Source of the DNA: Candidatus Nanopelagicales bacterium
GTDB taxonomy: Bacteria; Actinomycetota; Actinomycetes; S36-B12; UBA10799
Length of the DNA: 38,342 nt
Assembly: GCA_030157755.1 (NCBI GenBank)
Contig: JAOAUD010000161.1
Span: forward strand, 1 to 38,342
Reading direction: 5' to 3'
The notes under the pieces were generated by a model. The model made no database searches. It had not been told where the DNA came from and was given only the letters and a program-made list of their open reading frames with translations. Position 1 is the stretch's first letter. Every line of letters begins with the position of its first letter. Shown here piece by piece: positions 9,419 to 17,814 of this stretch. Position numbers and translations under genes: made by a program.

Positions 9419-10969
9419 GTGACGTTGCGGAACCGAGTCAGGTGGATTGCTGCGGCTGGCGTCCTGATCTTGGTCGCGGCCGCAGTACTGGCGCTGGGGA
9501 GCTTCCTTCGAGCCCAAGCCTCGGGCGACGAGATCATCGACAAGCTTGAGCCTGCAGCAACGAACGCCTCCACCCTGTTGCTGAGCACTGCCGATATGGA
9601 ACGCGGTGTCAGTAGCTACGTCACGACTGGGCGAGCGGGCTCGTTGGCTCCGTACGCCGAAGGTTCGACCGTTTCCGAGGACGCCATCGTTGAACTTCAG
9701 GACCTCCTCGAGAGCACCGACAGCGCGTTGGAGCAGCAGGTCCAAGCCGTCGATGACGCACGCGATGCGTGGATCAATACCGTCGCCAACCCCACGATTG
9801 CCCTGGTGCGGGCCAATAACCAACCAGGCGCTGAGACTCTCCTGAACAGCGACGCAAGCAATCGAACGTTCGAGATCCTGCGAGCGCGAGCGACTGCACT
9901 GAACACGCTGATCGACGCCCGCCTGTCTGCGCAATTCAACGAGTTCGGGGCCGTCGCCAACCAACTGTGGAAGGTGCTGCTCGGAAGTTGGTTGGTTCTG
10001 TTGATCGCCGCTGGAAGCGTCATCGTGGCCTTGCATCGGTGGGTCCTGCACCCACTCGAACTGCTGCGTGACCAGATCAACCGTGTTGCTGGCGATGAAG
10101 GCTACGGCGGTGATCGCGAAGTCGAGATCATCCCGACCGGTCCGCCCGAGATACGTGATGTTGGTTCCGATGCCGATGCGATGCGCCGACGACTGGTGCA
10201 TGAAATCGAGGTAGCGGCCCGCAGCGAGGAGAGCCTCAGCAAGGAGGGGCCCGTCGTCGTTGCGATTCGGGCTGAACTCACGCGGGAGAACGTGGTGTTC
10301 GCGCCTGGCTTGACCATCTACGGTGAACTTGAGCCTTCGGAATCGGTGTTGTCCGGTGATTGGTGGGATGCCATCGCACTCCCCGACGGACGCACTGCAC
10401 TGCTCATCACCGACATCTCTGGTCATGGTCCCGATGCGGGAATCGCTGGCCTTCGACTCAAGCTCGCGGTGACGGGAATGCTTGAAGCAGGCAGCGACGC
10501 GACCACAGCCTTCGAACGCGGGGTTCGGCTATTCGCAGAGACCCCTGGCAGGTTTGCCACCGCCGCAGCCGTACTGATCAACCCGACTACTCACGAAGTT
10601 GAGTGGGTGAATGCCGGGCACCTGCCTCCGATGATCATCAGTCCCGACGGCAGTTACCGCGAGCTCGGTATGACCGGCCCACTGATGTCGGAGCTCGGCG
10701 GCGCGTGGCACAGCGAAACGATCAAGCTCGACCCGTGCGACATCGTCGTGCTGTGGACCGATGGCGTCACTGAAAGCCGCGACGCGGCAGGTGAAGAACT
10801 CGAAGAGTCTGGCCTTCGCTCACTCATTGCCGAAGCAAAGGCTGGCGGTGACGTCTCACCGAAACAAATCGTCGGCAAAGTTCTGGCCGCTGGCCGCGGC
10901 CGGGCGATCAACTGGGGCAACGACGACCGGACGTTGATCGTCGCCGCGTTTGGCAATCAGCCCAAGTAG
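9419..10969 (+). CDS. Membrane PP2C/SpoIIE phosphatase with CHASE3-like sensor and HAMP domains
   Basis: Two TM helices around a helical sensor (DMERGVSSYVTTG...LAPY); SGDWWD, DISGHG, NAGH, WTDGVTE, DDRTL. Confidence 0.85.
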   Translation: MTLRNRVRWIAAAGVLILVAAAVLALGSFLRAQASGDEIIDKLEPAATNASTLLLSTADMERGVSSYVTTGRAGSLAPYAEGSTVSEDAIVELQDLLESTDSALEQQVQAVDDARDAWINTVANPTIALVRANNQPGAETLLNSDASNRTFEILRARATALNTLIDARLSAQFNEFGAVANQLWKVLLGSWLVLLIAAGSVIVALHRWVLHPLELLRDQINRVAGDEGYGGDREVEIIPTGPPEIRDVGSDADAMRRRLVHEIEVAARSEESLSKEGPVVVAIRAELTRENVVFAPGLTIYGELEPSESVLSGDWWDAIALPDGRTALLITDISGHGPDAGIAGLRLKLAVTGMLEAGSDATTAFERGVRLFAETPGRFATAAAVLINPTTHEVEWVNAGHLPPMIISPDGSYRELGMTGPLMSELGGAWHSETIKLDPCDIVVLWTDGVTESRDAAGEELEESGLRSLIAEAKAGGDVSPKQIVGKVLAAGRGRAINWGNDDRTLIVAAFGNQPK

Positions 10970-11157
10970 TCGCGCGCAATCTGCATCCACTTCCGAATCC
11001 GTCGCTCTGCGCGACGAAAGATCAATCCCACCGCCGTTCGGGCCACTCAACAGGACACCGAATCCCACACTGCGGGAGCATCCGAGACGGTTCGCTAACG
11101 CAGCGACCAGACGATCTATCGCAGGTGCAGAGCCTGCATATCCTTCGGGAGGGATAC

Positions 11158-12588
11158 ATGGCCGCGACGGGCACCGTTACGGAAGAGAAGCCGAAGCTTC
11201 CGAAAACCGCGATAGTGGTGGCGGCAACCGCCGCCATGCTCGGCATCATCTACGGCTACGACAACGGGGTCATCGGTGGTGCGCAGATCTTCTTCTCGAA
11301 GGATCTCGGACTGTCCACCCAGCAGACCGAACTTGTCGTCACTGCCATCGTCTATGGCGAGGTGATCGGCGCGATCATCGCGGGCATGGTGACAAACAAG
11401 ATCGGTCGCAAGAAGTCGATGTTGCTGCTCACGATCGGGTACTGCGTATTCGGTCTACTCAGTGCCCTCGCAGTCGACATGTGGACCCTCTTCGGCGCCC
11501 GCCTCGGCCTCGGCCTCGCGGTTGGTATCTCGCTCATCGCAGTCCCCGTGTTCGTTGCTGAATCCGTTCCCGCCCGCGTTCGTGGTGCCACTCTGGTCAT
11601 GTACCAAGTGATGGGCGTCTGCGGCATCATCCTCGGCCTGCTGTTCACCCTCCTGCTCGCTGACTCAACCTGGTCAGGCAGTTGGCGCATCATGCTGGGT
11701 CTGGCTTCAGTCCCGGCGCTCATCTTGCTTCCGATCATCGCGAAGCTGCCTGAGACAGCGCGTTGGTACGTCATGAAGGGTCGAGGCGAGGAAGCCCTCG
11801 CGTCGCTCAACCTCACGGATCCGGATGCGGATCACGAGGCGGAGATCGCCGAGATGGAGGAGATCCAGCGCGCGGAATCCGGTGGTGCTCTAGCCGAAAT
11901 GCTCCGCAAGCCGTACCTGCGCGCAACCGTCTTTGTCGTCGGGCTCGGATTCTTCATCCAGATCACCGGTATCAACGCAACCGTCACCTACGGTCCCCAG
12001 ATCTTCGAGGCCATGGGTGTCCAGAGCGACAGCCAAAAGATCCTGATGTCGCTGCTCGTTCAGGTCTTCGCACTGATCTCCGTGTTGGTCTCGATGCGCT
12101 ACGTCGACCGTTGGGGTCGTCGTCCGATCCTGCTCACAGGTATCGCGGTCATGATCGTCGCGCAGTTGATGATGGTCGTGACCTTCGCTTCCGCTGGCGG
12201 CGGCGACTTGGTTGGGTGGCAGATCGCCCTCGGATTCGCTGGCCTCGCGCTGATCAACGTTGGTTTCGTCTTCGGATTCGGTGCACTGGTTTGGGTGTAC
12301 TCCAGCGAGTCGTTCCCGGCCCGCCTTCGTTCCTACGGATCCTCGGCGATGCTCACGTCTGACCTCATCGCCAACGTGATCATCGCTCAGTTCTTCCTGA
12401 CGGTGTTGACGGCAATCGGTGGCGCTGGATCCTTCGGACTCTTCGCGGTACTCGCCTTCATCGCCTGGATCTTCGTCTTCAAGATGGCACCCGAAACCAA
12501 GGGTCGCGATCTGGACGACATCCACCAATTCTGGGAAAACGGTGGCAAGTGGCCTACGGAAGATGCTGAGAAGGTCGCATCGAAGTAG
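11158..12588 (+). CDS. Sugar porter family MFS transporter (GlcP-like)
   Basis: YGYDNGVIGGA, KIGRK, LPETARW, QITGINA, DRWGRR, PETKG; ggaggg RBS. Confidence 0.92.
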   Translation: MAATGTVTEEKPKLPKTAIVVAATAAMLGIIYGYDNGVIGGAQIFFSKDLGLSTQQTELVVTAIVYGEVIGAIIAGMVTNKIGRKKSMLLLTIGYCVFGLLSALAVDMWTLFGARLGLGLAVGISLIAVPVFVAESVPARVRGATLVMYQVMGVCGIILGLLFTLLLADSTWSGSWRIMLGLASVPALILLPIIAKLPETARWYVMKGRGEEALASLNLTDPDADHEAEIAEMEEIQRAESGGALAEMLRKPYLRATVFVVGLGFFIQITGINATVTYGPQIFEAMGVQSDSQKILMSLLVQVFALISVLVSMRYVDRWGRRPILLTGIAVMIVAQLMMVVTFASAGGGDLVGWQIALGFAGLALINVGFVFGFGALVWVYSSESFPARLRSYGSSAMLTSDLIANVIIAQFFLTVLTAIGGAGSFGLFAVLAFIAWIFVFKMAPETKGRDLDDIHQFWENGGKWPTEDAEKVASK

Positions 12589-12601
12589 CAACTCCACTAG
12601 A

Positions 12602-12647
12602 ACTGTCCTCGTAGGAATTTGCCTCGGTGAGTTCCTGCGAGGACAGT
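12602..12647 (+). terminator. Strong intergenic hairpin (terminator or mRNA-stabilising stem) between the porter and ROK genes
   Basis: actgtcctcgtaggaat / gttcctgcgaggacagt, 17-bp stem with two G-U pairs. Confidence 0.65.
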
Positions 12648-12701
12648 CAACGTTAGACCCACTATCAGAGTTAGAAATCCCCGATTGGCGAAAGGCACCT
12701 C

Positions 12702-14078
12702 ATGTTGCGAGCCGGAGTGGACCTGGGTGGAACAAAGATCCAGGTTGCAATTGTCGACAAGTTGAACCGAGTCTTAGGGACGGATCGTCGCCCCACCCCA
12801 ACTGTCGGCACTCCCGACGGTGTCACGGACACCATCGCCTCGTCAGTCAAGGCAGCGGTTGTGAATGCTGGCGTTGACCTCGAAGATCTGGTCGGCGTAG
12901 GCGTCGGAGGCCCCGGGCAGATTGACGCCAAGGCCGGAACGCTGAGCAACGCTGGCAACCTGCCGGGCTGGATGATCACGTACCCGCTCGCCGCTGAACT
13001 ATCCGATCGCCTCGGCGGGGTCCCCGTCGAACTCGGCAACGACGTTCAGGTTGGTGTCAACGCGGAGGTTCGCCTCGGCGCCGGTCGTGAATACACCTCA
13101 CTCATCGGGGTGTTCTGTGGAACAGGCGTCGGCGGTGGAGTCGTCATCAACAACGAACTCTGGATCGGCCGCGGGGCCGCCGGCGAAATCGGCCACGTGA
13201 AGGTCATGGCAAAGGACGGCGCACTGTGTGGCTGCGGCCGCTACGGTTGTATGGAGGCTTACGCCGGTCGTGCCGCCATGGAACTTCAGGCTCGCAAGTG
13301 GCACAAGAAGGGCAAGAAGACCAACCTCTTCAAGATCATGAAGAAGAAGGGCAAGCCTCGCCTCGCCAGCGGTGTCTGGGACAAAGCGCTGAAGACAAAC
13401 GACAAGATGGCGCACAAGCTCATCGACCGCGCCATCTGGGCACTCGGCGCGGGCATCGCGTCTGCGGTGAACCTGACGGACGTCCAAGCTGTGATCATCG
13501 GTGGCGGGCTCGGCATTCGACTCGGCCAGCCGTTCGTGGACGACATTCGCGACGCGATGATGCCAAGCCTCATCAAGCCGCAGGACCCGCCAGTCGTGTT
13601 GCTCGCCGAACTTGGTGACATGGGTGGCGCGCTCGGTGCGGCTCTGCTCGTCGAGCAGTACATCAAGCCTGTCGCAACGAAAGCTGGTGCAAAGAAGGTC
13701 GCGAAGAAGGCACCTGCACGTCGCCCGGTGAATCAGACCGCTGCGAAGACCTCTGCCGCCGTCGCTCGTCAGCCAGCTCCAGTACCGGTGACCGCTGCGA
13801 AGAAGGCAGCAACCCGTAAGGCCGCAGCCAAGAAGGCGACGACCGCTCGGACAACGGCAGCGGGCGCCAAGCGTGCGACCGCGAAGAAGGCGCCTGCCAA
13901 GAAGACTGCAGCGAAGAAGGCCCCAGCTCGCAAGGCTCCGGCCAAACGAGCCCCAGCCAAGGAGGCACCCGCCAGAAAGACGGCAGCGAAGCGGGCCCCA
14001 GCTAAGCGAGCTGCCGCTTCGCCAACCACGGCAGCTCGGATTGCAGAGGCAGCGCGCGTTCTGACCGCTCGCCCGTAA
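12702..14078 (+). CDS. ROK family sugar kinase (glucokinase/GlcNAc kinase-like) with C-terminal Lys/Ala/Pro-rich histone H1-like tail
   Basis: GVDLGGTKI, NDVQ, GTGVGGG, GEIGH, CGCGRYGCMEAYA zinc motif; last ~135 aa are AKKAPA-type repeats. Confidence 0.88.
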   Translation: MLRAGVDLGGTKIQVAIVDKLNRVLGTDRRPTPTVGTPDGVTDTIASSVKAAVVNAGVDLEDLVGVGVGGPGQIDAKAGTLSNAGNLPGWMITYPLAAELSDRLGGVPVELGNDVQVGVNAEVRLGAGREYTSLIGVFCGTGVGGGVVINNELWIGRGAAGEIGHVKVMAKDGALCGCGRYGCMEAYAGRAAMELQARKWHKKGKKTNLFKIMKKKGKPRLASGVWDKALKTNDKMAHKLIDRAIWALGAGIASAVNLTDVQAVIIGGGLGIRLGQPFVDDIRDAMMPSLIKPQDPPVVLLAELGDMGGALGAALLVEQYIKPVATKAGAKKVAKKAPARRPVNQTAAKTSAAVARQPAPVPVTAAKKAATRKAAAKKATTARTTAAGAKRATAKKAPAKKTAAKKAPARKAPAKRAPAKEAPARKTAAKRAPAKRAAASPTTAARIAEAARVLTARP

Positions 14079-14090
14079 CTTCCACGGATT

Positions 14091-14121
14091 AGCCCTCGCC
14101 AGCCAGTGCTGTGCGGGGGCT
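14091..14121. terminator. Imperfect hairpin between convergent ROK and nagA genes
   Basis: agccctcgccagc-cagt-gctgtgcgggggct. Confidence 0.45.
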
Positions 14122-15256
14122 AATCTGCGTTATGCACCCAGTCGCCGAGAACCATTACTGCCTCAACTTCGAGGCCCGGTCCCAGTACAACCAGGTCGGC
14201 GCGCATACCCGGTGCGATGCTTCCCCGGTCATCCAGACCCATGGTTCGCGCAGGGTTCGTTGACAGCATTTCAATCGCTTGTTCAAGCGGAATGCCACCC
14301 TGCAACACGATGTAGCGCAGGGCCCAATCCAGTGTCAGCGTGCTGCCTGCAATTGCTCCGCCTTCGACCAGACGGGCAACCCCATCAACGACGTCTACCT
14401 CAAGTTCTCCGAGCAGGTATCGACCATCCGGCGCCCCGGCGGCTCCCATCGCGTCGGTAATCAATGCGATGCGGCCATTGCCGGCCTCATTGCGCACCAA
14501 GCGCAGCACGGCCGGGTGCACGTGAATGCCGTCAGCGATCAGTTCGACCGTCACCCGCGGATCCTCCATCAAGGCTCCGATCGCACCAGGGTCGCGGTGA
14601 TGAAGCGGTCGCATCGCATTCGACAGATGTGTCGCGACGGTGGCGCCTTCCTCGATCGCGACTTGCGCCATCTCATAGTCGGCATCGGTATGCCCGACTG
14701 CGGCAACCGCTCCTGCACGAACGATCTGATGAATCGCCGGGATCGCGCCAGGGAGTTCCGGAGCAATGGTCACCATCTTGATTCGGCCACCACCAACCGC
14801 GAGCAGCTCACCGACCTCACTGGCTTCCGGCGCGCGAAGTTGAGGCTTGTCGTGGGCACCGCAGTGCAGTTTGCTGATCCATGGGCCTTCGAGGTGAATA
14901 CCGAAGAGGACTCCTTGATCAACGAGCGGTGACAGCGTTTGGATTTGCTCGATCAGTGCCTGTTTGCTCCCGGTCACCAAACTGCCCATCAGCGACGTGG
15001 TGCCGTGTTTCAGGTGAAGCTGCGCCGCGCGATATGCCTCGGCCGGGTCCGTCGTGATGAAGCTGTGGCCACCACCACCGTGGCAATGTTGGTCAACGAA
15101 TCCCGGGACAAGCGCTCGGCCTCGCAGGTCGTAGTCGACTGGCTTTGGGGGATCGCCGATACCTCGATCAACAATGAGCTCGCCATCTATCTCGACCCAA
15201 CCCAGCTCGAACAAGCCCTTGTCAGTTACTACTCGACCGCCTGCAAAGACCGTCAC
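14120..15256 (-). CDS. nagA: N-acetylglucosamine-6-phosphate deacetylase
   Basis: PGFVDQHCHGGGG, HLEGPWIS, GAH, TIAPE, GHT, THLSNAM, DGIHVHP, ITDA, IAGSTLT. Confidence 0.93.
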   Translation of the reverse strand: MTVFAGGRVVTDKGLFELGWVEIDGELIVDRGIGDPPKPVDYDLRGRALVPGFVDQHCHGGGGHSFITTDPAEAYRAAQLHLKHGTTSLMGSLVTGSKQALIEQIQTLSPLVDQGVLFGIHLEGPWISKLHCGAHDKPQLRAPEASEVGELLAVGGGRIKMVTIAPELPGAIPAIHQIVRAGAVAAVGHTDADYEMAQVAIEEGATVATHLSNAMRPLHHRDPGAIGALMEDPRVTVELIADGIHVHPAVLRLVRNEAGNGRIALITDAMGAAGAPDGRYLLGELEVDVVDGVARLVEGGAIAGSTLTLDWALRYIVLQGGIPLEQAIEMLSTNPARTMGLDDRGSIAPGMRADLVVLGPGLEVEAVMVLGDWVHNAD

Positions 15257-15548
15257 AAATTCCTCCCGACCAGCAAATACCGATGTCTATCCACAGCCTA
15301 TTGCTCGGAGGTGCACCCACGCCTGCCTCACGATCGGGTGAGCGCGATGACGCACGGTAGTTGTGACCCGCCCGGTCTAGTACCTGGGTACTAGCAGAAA
15401 CGGCTAGCCGGGTGAACCAAGTGTTCACCTTTCCAAGACCGATCTAAATTTCGTCAGCACTCGCGCCGATTGACATAGGGATCGGAAGAATGACTGACCC
15501 ACGTACCCACCGTGGAATTCGTCAAGCGGGGCTTAGCAGGAGGCACGA

Positions 15549-17750
15549 ATGCGCAGATCATCAATTGCCGGTGTCATGACGGTGTCGGCAATTGCCGCCT
15601 TCGGCTTGGTCACTCCAGCCACGATGGCCGCCACCACCCCAACAACTGGCGTTGAGGTCGCGTGGAAGGTCGACAGCAGTTGGAACGCCGGGTTCCAAGC
15701 AACCGCGACCGTGATCAATCGAACGGGCGCACCACTCAATCCCTGGACTGTCGACCTCGCGATTGGCCACCAGGTGACTTCGGTGTGGGACGCGACTAAC
15801 ACCGCGATTCCCGGTGGCTATCGCGTGAGCGGGCCAGCCTGGTCGGCACAGATTGCTCCCGGGGCCAGTGCAAAGTTTGGCCTCGTTGCCACCAAGGTCG
15901 GATCGGCGGCACTTGCGCCCACAGGTTGTGCGGTAGTTGGCACCAGTTGCACGGTGACCGGTGAGCAAGCGCCGGTCACACCGACCCCAACGCCAACGCC
16001 CACCCCAACACCAACGCCAACCCCCACCCCAACTCCAACGCCCACGCCAACCCCGACGCCGACCCCAACGCCGACGCCGACCCCAACGCCGACTCCAACC
16101 GTCGGAACCCGCGCGCTGAACGTGGTCCTCAAGAACTCAAGTGACTGGGGTAGCGGGCGAACGATCGACGCGACAGTGACCAACAAAGGAAGCGCCGACA
16201 CAACGTCATGGTCAGTGACGATGCCGTGGCAAAGCGCCGTTCAACTCTGGAATGCAACCGGAAGCACGAGCGGCGGATCCCTGACGACGTCGAACTTGGC
16301 ATGGAACGGGTCCATCAAGTCGGGTGCGAGCACCTCGTACGGCTTCAACGACTCATCGAGTTCAATGCCCACGCCATCTACCTGCACTGCCATCGTCAAT
16401 GGCCAGGCAGCGACGTGTTCAGTATCGGTCGTCGGTGTTACTCCGGCTCCGACGCCGACACCAACCCCAACCCCCACACCAACACCAACCCCCACACCAA
16501 CACCCACTCCAACCCCGACTCCGACACCAACCCCGACGCCAACGCCCACACCCACTCCAACCCCTACACCAACGCCGACACCAACCCCAACAACACCGCC
16601 CGCGAGCCCCGACGCACCAACCACCCCTGCGGGCAAACGAACTGTCGCGTACTACACGGCCTGGTCAACGTACGGTCGCAACTACCAGGTGTCGCAAATG
16701 CCTGCCGCGCAGTTGACCCACATCAACTACGCCTTCGCCAATATCGCGAACGGGCAATGTGTGCTCGGTGATCCCTACGCCGACACCGACAAGGCGTTCC
16801 CTGGCGACAGTTGGGACACCGGCGCCAAACGAGGCAACTTCAACCAGCTGACCAAGCTGAAGGCGATCAACCCCAACCTACGGACTCTCATCTCAGTAGG
16901 TGGCTGGACGTGGTCGGCCAACTTCTCGGCAGCCGCCGGAACGCCACAGTCCCGCGCAACCTTCGCGCAGTCGTGCGTCAACTTCATGAAGACCTACGGC
17001 TTCGATGGCATCGACATCGACTGGGAGTACCCCGTATCGGGTGGTTTGCAGAGCGGAGTCGCAGCAGACAAAGCCAACTACACGCTGCTCCTGCAGGCAC
17101 TTCGTGATGAACTGAATCGGCAAGGAAGCGCCGATGCCGACAAGCACTACGACCTCACTATCGCTGCACCGGCCGGGCCATCGATCCTGACGAACCTTGA
17201 GATTTCCAAGGTCGCCAGCACAGTCGATTGGATCAACTTGATGACCTACGACTTCCACGGAAGTTGGGATTCGAAGACGGGTCACAACGCACCCCTGACT
17301 CAGCCCACGGGTGATCCGGGCCCGGCCGGTTTCTACTCCGACTCGACAGTGAACTCCTACCTTTCGGCGGGAGCACCGGCAAACAAGCTCGTGCTTGGGG
17401 TGCCGTTCTACGGACGCAGTTTCGCTGGCGTCGGCGCCACGAACAACGGTCTGTTCCAACCAACCTCCGGTGCCGGAACTGGCACCTGGGAAGCGGGCGT
17501 TCTTGACTACAAGGACATCGCCGCGAATTACGCTCCCCGCCTAGCGCGCAACTACGACGCCAGCGCCAAGGTGCCGTACCTGTACGACGCCGCCAAGCGG
17601 GAGTTCATCAGCTACGACGACCCGGCCTCGATGGGACTCAAGGCGAACTACATCGCCTCCAAGGGTCTCGGCGGAGGGATGTTCTGGGAGGTCTCGGGTG
17701 ACACGAGCGACTACGCCCTGCTCGATTCGCTCAATGCCAACATGCGGTGA
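15549..17750 (+). CDS. Secreted GH18 chitinase, CBM2-(PT)n-CBM2-(PT)n-GH18
   Basis: Signal peptide; two CBM2-like modules (SSWNAGFQA..., SDWGSG...WNG); [27 protein letters not shown] catalytic DxDxE, MTYDFHG, GGMFWE; ggagg RBS. Confidence 0.93.
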   Translation: MRRSSIAGVMTVSAIAAFGLVTPATMAATTPTTGVEVAWKVDSSWNAGFQATATVINRTGAPLNPWTVDLAIGHQVTSVWDATNTAIPGGYRVSGPAWSAQIAPGASAKFGLVATKVGSAALAPTGCAVVGTSCTVTGEQAPVTPTPTPTPTPTPTPTPTPTPTPTPTPTPTPTPTPTPTPTPTVGTRALNVVLKNSSDWGSGRTIDATVTNKGSADTTSWSVTMPWQSAVQLWNATGSTSGGSLTTSNLAWNGSIKSGASTSYGFNDSSSSMPTPSTCTAIVNGQAATCSVSVVGVTPAPTPTPTPTPTPTPTPTPTPTPTPTPTPTPTPTPTPTPTPTPTPTPTPTTPPASPDAPTTPAGKRTVAYYTAWSTYGRNYQVSQMPAAQLTHINYAFANIANGQCVLGDPYADTDKAFPGDSWDTGAKRGNFNQLTKLKAINPNLRTLISVGGWTWSANFSAAAGTPQSRATFAQSCVNFMKTYGFDGIDIDWEYPVSGGLQSGVAADKANYTLLLQALRDELNRQGSADADKHYDLTIAAPAGPSILTNLEISKVASTVDWINLMTYDFHGSWDSKTGHNAPLTQPTGDPGPAGFYSDSTVNSYLSAGAPANKLVLGVPFYGRSFAGVGATNNGLFQPTSGAGTGTWEAGVLDYKDIAANYAPRLARNYDASAKVPYLYDAAKREFISYDDPASMGLKANYIASKGLGGGMFWEVSGDTSDYALLDSLNANMR
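15978..16100 (+). repeat. Thr-Pro dipeptide repeat linker 1 (~20 units)
   Basis: ACN-CCN codon repeat with varied third positions. Confidence 0.95.
16452..16592 (+). repeat. Thr-Pro dipeptide repeat linker 2 (~23 units)
   Basis: ACN-CCN codon repeat. Confidence 0.95.
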
Positions 17751-17814
17751 GAGAGATCGTCGGCCACACTAGGATTTACTGTTTCTGGCGGCTGACGACA
17801 ACAAGGGTGGGCGC

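Noticed and set aside
9404-10426. 340-aa antisense ORF
   Set aside because: Shadow of the PP2C gene in high-GC DNA; no motifs
15470-15500. TTGACA as the chitinase -35 box
   Set aside because: No TAnnnT -10 element at 16-18 nt spacing
15978-16592. Tandem repeats as a possible CRISPR array or non-coding VNTR
   Set aside because: Hexamer-period ACN-CCN repeats in frame within the chitinase; no spacers and no cas genes
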